Assembly: GCA_965220805.1 (NCBI GenBank)
Contig: OZ244844.1
Span: 2,189,516 to 2,253,515 of the forward strand
Length of the DNA stretch: 64,000 nucleotides
Direction of reading: 5' to 3'
DNA from: Alphaproteobacteria bacterium
GTDB taxonomy: Bacteria > Pseudomonadota > Alphaproteobacteria > SP197
Position numbers and translations under genes: made by a program. The notes beneath the pieces are model-generated. The model searched no databases and had not been told where the DNA came from. It saw nothing but the letters and a program-made list of their open reading frames with translations. Position 1 is the first letter of the stretch, and each line of letters starts with the position of its first letter. Below, piece by piece: positions 29,988 through 41,057 of the stretch.

Positions 29988-30878
29988 TCAAGCTGCATCC
30001 GTGGCTGCGTGACAGAAACCGATAACGGGTGGATAGACGAGTTCCGGATCACGGGACCGGTATCGGGAGCCAACTGCTTCCGGTTCAATGTTCTCAACGG
30101 TTGCATAGCCGATGTCAGCGAGGAATCCAGGTATCTCGGCCGGCTCGAAGCTTGATACCCACGGCTCGCCGCGCCGCGCAACGAACTCGGCACACCGCTG
30201 CCGCAGGTCGCGCACGTCGGCCGGCGTCGATGCCTCGTCCGCCAGATAGTCGAACATCACCGCCGAGCCCGGTGCCGTCATCCGGGCGATGCTCTCCAGA
30301 GTCCGTCTTATTGCGTCCCTATCGAGATAGTAGGTGACACCGAACCAGGAGAAGAGCGCGGGCCGGGCGGTGTCGAAATCGGTACGGCCGAGCGCATCGT
30401 GCACGGTCTCGGTGTTGAGGTCGACTGCGACGTAGCGTACGCCCTCGGGTATCGCGATGCCGGCCTTTCGCATCCGTCGCCTCTTCATCTCCTGCGTTGC
30501 CGCCTGGTCCAGCTCGTACAACGTCAGCCGGGCCATCAGGTCCTTGCGTCGTCCTGCAAGGGTCTCGTAACCGGCGCCAACGATGACGTACTGATCGATC
30601 CCCTGATTCAAGGCGGCTTCCAGACGGTCCTCGCCATAGCGTGCACGCAGGTAAACGGCCGGCATGATGGGCTTGATGTGCCGCAGGATGCCGTCAACGA
30701 CCAGCCAGGACAGGAGCTTGCTGGAGACCACACTTCGCCAGAATGGCCCACACATGGCGAGCGCAAGATCGTCGTCGAACACCGGCGATGAAGCGCGGCG
30801 CACGTGCAGTGCGCGGGCGGCTGCGACAAGCTCAGCCGTCTTGCTCGGACGCATTGCGGCCTGTTCGGACGTCGGCAC
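29988..30878 (-). CDS. class I SAM-dependent methyltransferase (TIGR00027 putative O-methyltransferase / LCM-like family)
   Basis: The N-terminus reads KTAELVAAARALH. It has VIVGAGYETL and VAVDL motifs and an acidic DYLADE C-terminal region typical of the family. Confidence 0.7.
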   Translation of the reverse strand: MPTSEQAAMRPSKTAELVAAARALHVRRASSPVFDDDLALAMCGPFWRSVVSSKLLSWLVVDGILRHIKPIMPAVYLRARYGEDRLEAALNQGIDQYVIVGAGYETLAGRRKDLMARLTLYELDQAATQEMKRRRMRKAGIAIPEGVRYVAVDLNTETVHDALGRTDFDTARPALFSWFGVTYYLDRDAIRRTLESIARMTAPGSAVMFDYLADEASTPADVRDLRQRCAEFVARRGEPWVSSFEPAEIPGFLADIGYATVENIEPEAVGSRYRSRDPELVYPPVIGFCHAATDAA

Positions 30879-31215
30879 TCTATGGCCTCCTCAAGATCGG
30901 CGTGATTGTCCGTGGGCACGAGGTCGCCTGGCGACGGATGCGCGGACTGCCGCACAGTTAGCAGAAGCGGTCTCACCTGTCATGTTCCGGCCCATCACAG
31001 GCAGACAGTGTCAAGGCTCCGGTTTCGTGATGGTGGGCGGCATCCCGGCTTGCGCCGATGGCTCGCGACGACCGGGTCATAATGGTCGGATGGACGTTCA
31101 TCGCCGGTGCATCGGCAAGCTGGCGGCGCCAAGAGCGAAGAAGCATGCCGGCACCCGCTCCGGGCTCTGTCGCAAGGGGCATGGACGCACTGTGCGATGG
31201 ACAGTGGATCCGCTG

Positions 31216-31809
31216 TCAAAGTGCGGGAATGGTATCGGGACGCACCACGCCCGAGAGACCGGCAAGGGCGTCAGGCACCAGGGCGAGAACGTGCAGCCGT
31301 TCCCGGTCACGTGTCTCGGCCAGCGTGATGCCCCGTGGCAGCGCGGGTTCGAAACCGTAGCGGCTGTAGAGTTCGCCGTCACCAATGAGCACCACGATTC
31401 GGTGTCCAAGAGTGCGCGCCCGTTCCAGGGTCGTGTTGATCAGCACCCGGCTGATGCCGTGACCCCTGTGGTCGGGGTCGACGGCGACGGGACCCATCTG
31501 AATCGCCCGGGTTCCGGCGCCGATCAGCACCGGCCAACACCGGATGGTGGCGATGACGCGCCCCTCTTCCAGAGCCACAAGGCTCAGTTTCGCTAACTTG
31601 CGGGAGCCCTGACGCAGCCGCGCCGCCGGACTGTCGACAAGCCGGTGGCCCAGCGACATGCGGGCGATCGTCTCGACAGCGAGCCTGTCGCGGGACCGTT
31701 CTTCGATGATCTCAACCAAGGGGAAGACCGGGAAATCAAGTAGGATGAGGAGCCTGCCATAGCACTGATCGTGACATCGGGAAACAGTGCCGACGACGCG
31801 GGGCCGCAT
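31216..31809 (-). CDS. GNAT-family N-acetyltransferase
   Basis: Acetyl-CoA binding core ...VAVDPDHRGHGISRVLI...RARTLGHRIVVL. The start is uncertain and probably internal to the track ORF. Confidence 0.6.
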   Translation of the reverse strand: MRPRVVGTVSRCHDQCYGRLLILLDFPVFPLVEIIEERSRDRLAVETIARMSLGHRLVDSPAARLRQGSRKLAKLSLVALEEGRVIATIRCWPVLIGAGTRAIQMGPVAVDPDHRGHGISRVLINTTLERARTLGHRIVVLIGDGELYSRYGFEPALPRGITLAETRDRERLHVLALVPDALAGLSGVVRPDTIPAL

Positions 31810-32079
31810 TGGATGATGATGGTTGCATCCCTATACTGGACTCCGCTGAGGATACCGCCATGGTCGCCACGCAATGTACTGTGTCACTTAAGTCGAGATT
31901 GCCGAGGTCAGGTGCCCGTTCCACTCACGCTGTCCCCTTGCCATAGCCGGCACCTGCGATCGCGAAACTCCGCCGGTCCGGCACCTTGACGGGGGACACC
32001 GGACCGAGGACGAGTTCCGATCCTGGTCTTCGTGACGTCCGGACCGGCGTTTCTGAACCACCCATGACGGGAGATTGAC

Positions 32080-34491
32080 GTGCAGGACCATGTCAGGGTT
32101 GTCATCATCGGCGGCGGGGTGGTCGGTTGCTCCATCCTCTTCCACCTTGCCCGGCACGGGTGGAAGGAGACCCTGCTTCTGGAGAGAAGCGAACTCACAT
32201 CGGGATCGTCCTGGCACGCAGCGGGTCAGATTCACACCATTTCCTCGGATCCCAACATCTCGAGACTCCAGGGATACACGATCAATCTCTATGCCGAACT
32301 CGAGGAGTTGTCCGGTCAGTCCGTGGGGCTCCACAACACCGGAGGCTTCTATCTCGCCTCCAACGACGCCTGGCACGACTATCTCAAGCGGGAACGGTCC
32401 AAGGCGCGGTACATGGGTCTGGACCAGGAGTTCATCAGTGTCGAGGAAGCGGCCAGGCGCCATCCACTGATCGATCCTTCCCGCTACATTGCTGCCCTGT
32501 GGGATCCGCTGGACGGCGACATTGACCCATCCGGCGTGACCCATGCCTACGCGCGGGCGGCGCGCGTCCTTGGCGCGGACTTTCGCACGCACACCCCGGT
32601 TGTGGAGACCAGCCAGCGCGCCGACGGCACGTGGGACGTGGTGACGGAGACGGGAACAGTTCACGCCGAACACGTGGTCAATGCAGCCGGGCTGTGGGCG
32701 CGCGAGGTGGGACGGATGGCCGGTATCCACCTGCCTGTCCAGCCCATGGAACACCACTACCTCATCACCGAGGACATCCCGGAGATCGTCGAGCGGGAGG
32801 AGCGCCTGCCGGCCGGGATCGACTACGAGGGCAACATGTACTTCCGCCAGGAGCGAAACGGCATGTTGCTCGGAACCTATGAACCGCATGCCACGCCCTG
32901 GTCCGTTGACGGAACTCCGGCGGACTTCGGCCACGAACTCCTGCAACCGCAGCTCGACAACATTGCCGAAAGGCTGGAACTCGGATTTGAGCGCATTCCA
33001 GCACTGCGCGAGGCCGGTATCAGGAACATCATCAACGGTCCCTTTACGTTCGGTCCCGATGGCAATCCGATGATCGGCCCTGTTCCGGGCATGAGAAACT
33101 ACTGGGTGGCCGTCGGAGTGATGGCCGGATTCTGCCAGGCCGGCGGCGTGGGCCTGTGCATGGCCGAGTGGATGATCGCAGGAGAACCCTCGATTGATGT
33201 CTGGGCCATGGATATCGCACGCTTCGGCGACTTCGCGACACCGGACTGGGGAACCACCAAGAGCGCCGAGAACTACGAACGCCGGTTCGTCATGACCTTC
33301 CCCAACGAAACACTGCCCAAGGGGCGCCGCCAGATGACGACGGCGCTCTATGACAGGCTCACCGTGAAGGGCGCCGTCTGGGACCAGGCGTTCGGCCTCG
33401 AGCATGCGCTGTGGTTTGCCGACGGCGCCGATGACGCTTTCGAAGACCCGACCTTCCGCCGTTCACGGGCCCATCACTACGTCGCCAGGGAAGTCGATGC
33501 GGTGCGCACGAAGGTGGGAGCCCTTGAAATCGCCAACTTCGCCAAGCACGAGTTTCGAGGTCCGGGCGCGAGATCCATGCTCGACCGTCTGCTGGCCGGA
33601 CGCGTGCCGGGCCCGGGCCGGCTGACCCTGACACCGATGCTGACACCGAGGGGCAGGCTCGGCGGCGACCTCACGGTGGCCTGCCTGGCGGACGACCGGT
33701 TCGTCGTCATCGGGTCAGGAGTGATGCAGAACGCCCATCGCCGCTGGTTCGAGGCGGCGCTTCCGGAAACCGGCGTCAGCTATCGCAACATCTCGGCGAA
33801 CCTTCACGGCATCGCGTTGTCGGGGCCGTCGTCGAGAGACCTGCTGGCGATGCTCACCCGTGATGATGTGTCGGCCGGGGCGCTCAGGTTCCGCGATTGC
33901 CGTGAAACGATCGTGGGCGGCGTACCCGTGCTGCTCAACCGCATCTCGTTTTCCGGCGAACTCGGCTACGAGATCTACACGCCACCGCCGTACCTGCTGC
34001 GGCTTGCCGAAGAGGTTGAAAGGGCAGGGGTTGACCACGGCCTGCGCTGGTATGGCGCCCGGACCCTGATGAGTCTGCGCCTCGAGAAGTCATGGGGGGT
34101 ATGGGGTCTCGATTACCGGCCTGACTTCACGGCTGCCGAGAGCGGTCTCGATGTCTTCATTGACTGGACGAAGGATTTCGTCGGCAAGGAGGCGGCGTTG
34201 AAGATGAGGGAAGAGGGTCCCTCCAGGAAGCTCGTCACGATGAGGGTCGAGACCGATGACATCGATGTCTCGGCGGATGAAGCCATCCTGCAGGATGGCG
34301 AGGCCGTCGGATACGTATCGTCCGGGGGGTTCGCCCACAACTCGAATACATCGGTGGCCATGGGCTACGTGCCAACGGAACTCGCCGCAGGCGATACGGC
34401 CCTGGAGGTCGAGATCAACGGTGAGCGCTATCCGGCCCGGATCCTCGGGCGGTGTCTCTGGGATGCCAATGGCGGCCGCATGCGTTCCTGA
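32080..34491 (+). CDS. FAD-dependent oxidoreductase fused to a GcvT-like aminomethyltransferase domain (dimethylglycine/sarcosine dehydrogenase family)
   Basis: 803 aa. The N-terminal dinucleotide fold reads VVIIGGGVVGCS and the C-terminal GcvT-like folate-binding domain is present. GTG start at 32080 with GGGAGA 6 nt upstream. Confidence 0.85.
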   Translation: MQDHVRVVIIGGGVVGCSILFHLARHGWKETLLLERSELTSGSSWHAAGQIHTISSDPNISRLQGYTINLYAELEELSGQSVGLHNTGGFYLASNDAWHDYLKRERSKARYMGLDQEFISVEEAARRHPLIDPSRYIAALWDPLDGDIDPSGVTHAYARAARVLGADFRTHTPVVETSQRADGTWDVVTETGTVHAEHVVNAAGLWAREVGRMAGIHLPVQPMEHHYLITEDIPEIVEREERLPAGIDYEGNMYFRQERNGMLLGTYEPHATPWSVDGTPADFGHELLQPQLDNIAERLELGFERIPALREAGIRNIINGPFTFGPDGNPMIGPVPGMRNYWVAVGVMAGFCQAGGVGLCMAEWMIAGEPSIDVWAMDIARFGDFATPDWGTTKSAENYERRFVMTFPNETLPKGRRQMTTALYDRLTVKGAVWDQAFGLEHALWFADGADDAFEDPTFRRSRAHHYVAREVDAVRTKVGALEIANFAKHEFRGPGARSMLDRLLAGRVPGPGRLTLTPMLTPRGRLGGDLTVACLADDRFVVIGSGVMQNAHRRWFEAALPETGVSYRNISANLHGIALSGPSSRDLLAMLTRDDVSAGALRFRDCRETIVGGVPVLLNRISFSGELGYEIYTPPPYLLRLAEEVERAGVDHGLRWYGARTLMSLRLEKSWGVWGLDYRPDFTAAESGLDVFIDWTKDFVGKEAALKMREEGPSRKLVTMRVETDDIDVSADEAILQDGEAVGYVSSGGFAHNSNTSVAMGYVPTELAAGDTALEVEINGERYPARILGRCLWDANGGRMRS

Positions 34492-35595
34492 TCAGGGGAG
34501 GACGGCAACGGGACGACCGAGGTTGTTGTAATCGGGTTCGACGCCAAGCCCCGGAGCATCGGAGGCGAAGAGCCGGCCTTCGGCGACCCGGGGCGGGGGC
34601 GTACCGCAGGCCACCGTGTTGTAGTTGCAGAGATCTGTCGTGCTCAGCTGAAAGGCGGCCGGGGTCGAGGTTGCGAAGTGGGCGCAGGTGGCTGTGCAGA
34701 TCTCGCCACCCCATGTGTCCTCGCAGACGACGTCAATTCCGTGCGCCACGAGGAAGTCACGTGCCCGGCGGGCCTTGGTGAGGCCGCCAAGGTTGGAGAT
34801 CTTCAGGCACACGACTTCGGCCGAGCGATCAGCGACAATACGCACAGCAACGTCAAGACCGGTGACGCATTCGTCGAGTTTCATGGGGTGATCGCAACGG
34901 CTGCGAACCTGCAGGCATTCGTCATAGGTCAGGCACGGCTGTTCGATGATGACGTCAACATCACGGATGGCCCGGACCACGCGCACCGCGTCGTGAACCG
35001 AGTACGCGGTGTTGGCGTCCGCAAAGGCCATCTCCCCCGGCCGGAGCAGTCCGGCAACGGCGCGAATCCGCTCGATATCGCTGTCGGGGTCCTGACCGAT
35101 CTTGATCTGGAACTGGCGGTAGCCCGTCCTCCGGTGAGCCTCCATCTCCTCGACCGTTGCCTCAATCGGCTTTTGGGGCACCACCCGGTACATGGGGGCA
35201 CCGTCCGTGAGCCGGCCTCCCAGGAGTGTTGACACCGGCAGTCCGACAGCCTTGCCAAGGATGTCCCAGCACGCGGCATCGAAGGCGGACTTGGCGTACC
35301 CGTGCCCCTTGAGAGCCATGTCCATGGCCTCTTCCACGGCGCCTGTCTGCAAGGGATCCAGACCGATGACCGCGCGGGCAAGAGTCGGCGCAGCGGCGAG
35401 AATGCCCGGCGCATGAGCGGCAAGGTAGGTGGCGCCGAGCGGGCACGATTCGCCGCATCCTAGGAGCCCGCAGTCGGTTTCGAGGACCACCACAGTCGTC
35501 CTTGCGACATCGAGAACACACCCCGGTCCCCAGGCATAGCGGCCGCCGACATACGGCAGATCCATCTGGTAAACCCTGACGGCGGCGATCTTCAT
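34492..35595 (-). CDS. enolase-superfamily enzyme (mandelate racemase / muconate lactonizing enzyme family)
   Basis: It starts at MKIAAVRVY. The capping domain plus TIM barrel are present, with metal-ligand-like D..E..D spacing (FADAN...EQP...LDE). The track ORF carries a 73-aa extension that is not credible. Confidence 0.7.
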   Translation of the reverse strand: MKIAAVRVYQMDLPYVGGRYAWGPGCVLDVARTTVVVLETDCGLLGCGESCPLGATYLAAHAPGILAAAPTLARAVIGLDPLQTGAVEEAMDMALKGHGYAKSAFDAACWDILGKAVGLPVSTLLGGRLTDGAPMYRVVPQKPIEATVEEMEAHRRTGYRQFQIKIGQDPDSDIERIRAVAGLLRPGEMAFADANTAYSVHDAVRVVRAIRDVDVIIEQPCLTYDECLQVRSRCDHPMKLDECVTGLDVAVRIVADRSAEVVCLKISNLGGLTKARRARDFLVAHGIDVVCEDTWGGEICTATCAHFATSTPAAFQLSTTDLCNYNTVACGTPPPRVAEGRLFASDAPGLGVEPDYNNLGRPVAVLP

Positions 35596-35859
35596 GATCC
35601 CGTGCCCCATCCTGTGCACCGACAATGAACAGTGCCACGCTCCGATCCGGAAAGTCATCGGTCCCGTCACGTTTCCGGGCGGTCCTCGACAAGCACGGGC
35701 CGGCACAGTCACGACGAACAGGATGAAGATGTCCGCGGCAATCAGTCGACCCGGCATGCCGACGCCGAACGGATCGCTCATGGAGCAACGGTGACAGCCT
35801 TTCCGGGGTCGCATTCTCTCGGCGCTATGCCCGGCGGCGATCCGGAGTCACCGGTGTTG

Positions 35860-38800
35860 TCAGGCTTCCCGTCGACCTTCGACAAGCATGACCAGCGCCG
35901 GCAACACGAACAGGGTGAAGATGCCAGCCGCGATGAGTCCTCCCAGCATGCTGACAACGAAGGGAACAAGGAACAGGAGTTCATCGCTGCGCTCATAGAG
36001 CAATGGCGACAGACCCAGCACGGTTGTCAGGGTGGTCAGGAAAACGGCGCGAAAGCGGTCGCGCGTGGCCGCAGAAGCGGCAGCGATTGCCGGGAGGGCC
36101 GCATTCTCCCTGCGGATCACGTTGTAGCGGTGGAGAAGCAGTGCCATGTCGTTCACGATGACTCCGGCCACCCCAATCATGCCGAACAGGGAAATCGCCG
36201 TCAGATGCCAGCCGAGCAGCCAGTGCCCGAACACTGCGCCTGCGAATGCCATCGGGAGGCCGACAACCACGACGAGCGGCTTCCAGTAGCTGCGGAGGAA
36301 GGAGGCCATCAACCCGTACATGACAATGAGAACAATCGGGACGAGAGTCCCGAGCGTCTCCAGCATGTCCTGCTCGTCCCGCGCTCCGGCATCCCGCGAG
36401 ATCGTCAGGCCCGGATACTTCGATACCAACCCGGGAAGGAAATCGTTCGCGATCGTCCGTCTGGCCTGAATCGGCGTGATCGTGCTGAATTCGGTGTACG
36501 CGCTGACCAACGCCGCCTGCTTGCCGTCGATACGGATGCGCGCCGCGAGTTCGCGCGTTTCCGTGATGTCCGCCACGGTGGCGAGCGGAATCTCGCGCCC
36601 GTTCGGCAGCACGATCCTTTCGTCCGCCAGATCCGCCACGCTTCTTCGTTGGTCAGCGGGATAGCGGACCACAACCCTGATTTCGTCGCGGCCGCGCTGG
36701 ATCCTCTGGACCTCAAGTCCGTGGAAATGGCTCCGCAGCTGTTTGCCGACCATCAACGGTGTCAATCCGGCGGCCTCGCCTTCTGGTGTCAGTGCGAAAC
36801 CCAGATGGCGTTTGCCGGGCGACAGGCTGTCTGACAGGTCGTAGAGGCCGGGAATGGCCGACATGTAGTCCCTGAGTTCGCCCGCCGCCGCGGTCAGTGT
36901 CTGCGGGTCGTCGTGAATGAGAGCGTAGGCGACAGAGGGTTTGGCCCGGAAACGCGTGGTCAGGAACGTGACCGAGTCAAGGTTCGGCATGGTGCCGACT
37001 GCCTGGCGCCACAGCTGCTCGATCTCGTCCGGAGACACCCTTCTGAAGGGCCTTTCATGGAGTTGCAGCCGGACCGACGCAAGATGGCTGCGGATGGAGA
37101 CGTCCTCGCCGGTCCGGGATGAGCCAAGACTGCCGGGATTTCCTGCAATGATGCTGATCGACTTGATCGCCGTTCCTTCGAACTCTTCGTTGATCTCACT
37201 GGCAGCCTCGGCAAAGCGGCGCGCTGTCGCGACCGTATCCCCGAATGGCGCACCCACCGGCAATGCGATGTCGGCCTGAATCGTGTTTCCGAACAGGGCC
37301 ATCTTGTCGAAGATGATCACCGGAACGTTCTCTGACCTCACGAGCCAGAGAGCGGCGAGTATGAAGACGAATCCAAGAGCGAATGTCAGGAAGACATGAC
37401 GGATGGACCACGAAACAGCGGGTAACACGACAGCATCCCGGAACTCGCTGAATCGTTGCCGGAACCATTCCTGAATGTCACGAAGGGGCTCAAGGCTCCA
37501 TGGTCGGTCATGGGAGAGATGGGATGGCAGGATGAGAAATGCCTCGATGAGGGAGACGAAGAGAACGAACATGGCGACATACGGGAAGACCTGGACCAGT
37601 TGGTAGTTCCCTGCCGTGACGAAGAGGAACGGCACGAAAGCGATCACGGTTGTCAGGACGCCGACTGTGATCGGACCGGCGACAGCCCGTACGCCGGCAA
37701 GCGCCGCATCCGGGCCGCGTTTGCCCTTCTCGCGTTCCGACGCGACACTCTCCCCCACCACGACGGCATCGTCGACGACAATGCCGATCAGCAGGAAGAA
37801 CGCGAACAGCGTTCCCATGTTGAGAGTCAGGTCCGCACTGTCAAAGAACATGAGCGAACCGACAAAGGACAGTGGAATTCCGATCGTCACCCAGAACGCA
37901 ATGCGAAGATCGAAGAACAGGATCAGGCACACCAACACCAGGATCGCCCCGATGGCGCCATTGCGGATGATCTCGGAAAAACGGTCGAAGACCGGCTCGA
38001 CCCTGTTGCTCCAGACAGCGACCTCCGTACCAAGGGGCGGCTGGTAGCCGGCAAGCCAACCCTCGACACCCTCCGCGATGTCAACAAGCGACTGAGTCCG
38101 GGATGCCTCGACTCTCACGAAGACCGTTGGCTTCCCGTCGACTTCGGAAAGGATGTCGTCCCCGACAAAGCCGTCGGTAAGGGTCGCCACATCGCCCAGT
38201 CTCACGATGGTGCCATCATCCCGGGTGATCAGGGGAATGTTCTCGAAATCCTCGGCATTTTCCTTCTTGCCGAAGGAGTGGAGAACCACACCGCCCGAGT
38301 CGGTTCGCAATTCGCCAAGCGTCAGATTGACCGAGGCCCGGCGAAGCTCTGTCGCCACACGGGACATGGTCAGGTTGTAGTGGCGCAGCTCCTCCTCGTT
38401 AATCTGAATGGAGATTTCCCTCGCACGCGTTCCATTCAGCCGGACCACGGAGACAGCAGGCAGCGCGAGCAGCTCATCGCGGATGCCTTCGGCCACCTGG
38501 CGCAGGGCGTGCTCGGACAGGACAGATGACGATACCGACAACGTCATGACTTCGCCGGAGATCTTCTTGATTTCTATTGTCTGGTGCTCGGCAGAAGCCG
38601 GCGGAAATCTCTCGATGCTGTCGACGGCGTTCTTGACATCCGCAAGCACGGCATCCTCGTTGGCGAAGGTCTCGAGTTCGACCTCGACCCTGGCGATACC
38701 CGACGATGCCGTGCTGACGACTCTGGCGACCCCCGGAAGACCGACCACGCTTTCCTCGATACGCCGATTTATGTCCTCCTCGATCTCTCCGGGAGAGGAA

Positions 38801-38964
38801 CCAGGTGAAGCCATGGTGATGGAAATGGTCCGCAGATCGAGTTCCGGGAGCGACCGGATGTTGAGGTTGAGACCGGCGATGATCCCCCCCACGATCAGCA
38901 ACGCCATCAGAAGGTGGCCAGCGATTGGATTCCCGGCGAAGTAGGCTATCAATCCTCTCTTCAC
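35860..38964 (-). CDS. RND-family efflux permease (AcrB/HAE-type, 12 TM, 1034 aa)
   Basis: Length, duplicated TM/periplasmic loop architecture, and conserved RND motifs. Confidence 0.9.
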   Translation of the reverse strand: MKRGLIAYFAGNPIAGHLLMALLIVGGIIAGLNLNIRSLPELDLRTISITMASPGSSPGEIEEDINRRIEESVVGLPGVARVVSTASSGIARVEVELETFANEDAVLADVKNAVDSIERFPPASAEHQTIEIKKISGEVMTLSVSSSVLSEHALRQVAEGIRDELLALPAVSVVRLNGTRAREISIQINEEELRHYNLTMSRVATELRRASVNLTLGELRTDSGGVVLHSFGKKENAEDFENIPLITRDDGTIVRLGDVATLTDGFVGDDILSEVDGKPTVFVRVEASRTQSLVDIAEGVEGWLAGYQPPLGTEVAVWSNRVEPVFDRFSEIIRNGAIGAILVLVCLILFFDLRIAFWVTIGIPLSFVGSLMFFDSADLTLNMGTLFAFFLLIGIVVDDAVVVGESVASEREKGKRGPDAALAGVRAVAGPITVGVLTTVIAFVPFLFVTAGNYQLVQVFPYVAMFVLFVSLIEAFLILPSHLSHDRPWSLEPLRDIQEWFRQRFSEFRDAVVLPAVSWSIRHVFLTFALGFVFILAALWLVRSENVPVIIFDKMALFGNTIQADIALPVGAPFGDTVATARRFAEAASEINEEFEGTAIKSISIIAGNPGSLGSSRTGEDVSIRSHLASVRLQLHERPFRRVSPDEIEQLWRQAVGTMPNLDSVTFLTTRFRAKPSVAYALIHDDPQTLTAAAGELRDYMSAIPGLYDLSDSLSPGKRHLGFALTPEGEAAGLTPLMVGKQLRSHFHGLEVQRIQRGRDEIRVVVRYPADQRRSVADLADERIVLPNGREIPLATVADITETRELAARIRIDGKQAALVSAYTEFSTITPIQARRTIANDFLPGLVSKYPGLTISRDAGARDEQDMLETLGTLVPIVLIVMYGLMASFLRSYWKPLVVVVGLPMAFAGAVFGHWLLGWHLTAISLFGMIGVAGVIVNDMALLLHRYNVIRRENAALPAIAAASAATRDRFRAVFLTTLTTVLGLSPLLYERSDELLFLVPFVVSMLGGLIAAGIFTLFVLPALVMLVEGRREA

Positions 38965-39033
38965 GATGTCCCCCGCCCCGGCGAATGCGCCGTATCGCCC
39001 GTTTTGCGTGTCTGCACGGCCCTTCGCAGCCCT

Positions 39034-40215
39034 CTAGTTCTCCGTCGATACCGAGGTCGGCACGACCTTCATGCCTTCGCTGGCGCCGGCCAGGGCGCCA
39101 ACGACCACGCCGTCTCCGGCATCGAATTCCCTTACCACCCATCCGGCGGCAGTCCGGGTCACGGTTTCAGGTGATTCCATGTTGAGAACGCCGTTTCTCA
39201 CCACCCAGACCGTGTTCTGGTCCCTGGCCGCGGATTCAGGCAACAGGTAGACACCGGGTTGTTCGGGTCCTGTGATGTCGACCCGCGCAAAGGTGCCGGG
39301 CAGGGGCCACTGCGTCGGTGAACCGGGCTCCGCAAACTCGAGGAACACAGCCGTGAGACGTGATTCCGGGGCGACCACCGACGACGTGCGGACCACCCGG
39401 GCTTCGTACGAGCCCAATGCCGTGTGGACCCGGGCGGACCGTCCGACAACCGGTGCGAGCATTGAAAGGTCCGCCGGGTCGATCGGCGCACGGACCTGCA
39501 GAGCGTTCCGGCGATAGACGAGCCCCAGCTTCGATGAACGACCTGCCGTTGCAGCCGGCCCCGCCATTTCACCGACTTCGACATCCGTTGCAATCACCTG
39601 GGCGTCAAAGGGGAGCGAAATGGCAGTGCGCGCAAGCTGCAGTTCGGCCAGCTCGAGCGCTGCCTGCGCCTGTCCGAGTCTCGCCTGTGCCCGTTCGACC
39701 CATGGTGCACGGCGGAGTGCGTCGGGAATGTCTGCGCCTGGATTGTCACGGACAAACAAGCGAACGCTTTCCTCGACTTCGGCCTCGACAATGGCACGTT
39801 CCGCCTCGGCTTCGGCGACGGCCATCCTTGCCATCTCGACATCGATTTCAAAGGTGCGCGGATCGATCCTGATGAATGGCATGTTCGCAGGGATCATTCC
39901 GCCTTCGTTGAAGTCGGGAGATACCCAGACGACACGTCCATCGACTTCGGCCCGCACCCTGGTGCGCCTTTGGGCTCTCACCGTCCCGGTCACACGCACC
40001 GTGAGAACATGTGTCGTGGTGGCCGGATGGACGACACTGACGACCGGAGTTGCCTGCGTGGAGGCCGCGGTCGAGCCTTGTTCCACACGTTCCGGCGCTT
40101 GGGCCAGATACAGCGCAACGGCGACCGCCGCAACAATCGCGGCAATCTGGGCAAGGCCCATCCATCGCCGCCGTTTCGCGGGACTGGTCGGGGTCGTCGA
40201 TTCCTGTGGCATCAC
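39034..40215 (-). CDS. RND efflux periplasmic adaptor subunit (membrane-fusion protein)
   Basis: 393 aa with an N-terminal TM anchor, coiled-coil and lipoyl/beta-barrel domains. It sits directly upstream of the RND permease. Confidence 0.85.
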   Translation of the reverse strand: MMPQESTTPTSPAKRRRWMGLAQIAAIVAAVAVALYLAQAPERVEQGSTAASTQATPVVSVVHPATTTHVLTVRVTGTVRAQRRTRVRAEVDGRVVWVSPDFNEGGMIPANMPFIRIDPRTFEIDVEMARMAVAEAEAERAIVEAEVEESVRLFVRDNPGADIPDALRRAPWVERAQARLGQAQAALELAELQLARTAISLPFDAQVIATDVEVGEMAGPAATAGRSSKLGLVYRRNALQVRAPIDPADLSMLAPVVGRSARVHTALGSYEARVVRTSSVVAPESRLTAVFLEFAEPGSPTQWPLPGTFARVDITGPEQPGVYLLPESAARDQNTVWVVRNGVLNMESPETVTRTAAGWVVREFDAGDGVVVGALAGASEGMKVVPTSVSTEN

Positions 40216-40364
40216 ACTATCCGCCTGTGGTCGGCTCCCGGACCGTCCGGAAGCGCAGGTTGCAACGGCCGAAATCCTGCCTTTCCGCCAACTGCGTCAA
40301 GGGAGTTGGTCCGGCTGCCGTTCTCCAGAGAGAACCGTCATCAGAGCGAAGACTCTCGCGCAGG

Positions 40365-41057
40365 TCACCTCCGTTCGTACTGTGCATTGCCGAACAGGAT
40401 GTCGCGCTCCTCATCCGTCATGTCTGCCGAGCGCTGACGGTCACTCAGAATCGCACACCCCCGAGCGACCGCAGGGCGCGCTTCCAGGCGCTGCTGCCAG
40501 CGGATTACGTTCGGGAAATCTGCCGGATCGACCCCCTGGCGTTCAATGGAGCGTGTCCAGGGGTAGGTCGCCATATCGGCAATCGAGTAGTCCTCCGCCA
40601 CGTAGTCGGCTTCGCCCAGCCTCTTGTCCAGGACGCCGTAGAGACGCCCGGTCTCGTTCGTGTAGCGATCGATCGCGTAGGCGATCGGTTCGGGCGCGTA
40701 GTTTCGGAAGTGGTGGCACTGGCCGAACATGGGTCCGATGCCTCCCATCTGGAACATCAGCCATTGCATGACGAGAGTGCGGCCGCGGGTATCATCGGGC
40801 ATGAAACGCTCGGTCTTTCCGGCGAGATAAACCAGGATGGCGCCTGATTCGAAGATGCTGATCGCTTCCCCGTCAGGCCCGTCATGGTCGACAATGGCCG
40901 GCATCCTGTTGTTGGGGCTGATGGCAAGGAATGCGGGATCGAACTGATCGCCACGCCCGATGTCCACGGGAATGACACGGTAGGCGAGGCCGGTCTCCTC
41001 CAGCATGATGTGGACCTTGTGTCCGTTGGGCGTCGGCCATGTGTAGAGGTCGATCAT
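40365..41057 (-). CDS. glutathione S-transferase (nu-class, YfcG/YghU-like)
   Basis: It begins MIDLYTWPTPNGHKV...ETGL.Y, with a thioredoxin-fold N-domain and a helical C-domain. Confidence 0.8.
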   Translation of the reverse strand: MIDLYTWPTPNGHKVHIMLEETGLAYRVIPVDIGRGDQFDPAFLAISPNNRMPAIVDHDGPDGEAISIFESGAILVYLAGKTERFMPDDTRGRTLVMQWLMFQMGGIGPMFGQCHHFRNYAPEPIAYAIDRYTNETGRLYGVLDKRLGEADYVAEDYSIADMATYPWTRSIERQGVDPADFPNVIRWQQRLEARPAVARGCAILSDRQRSADMTDEERDILFGNAQYERR

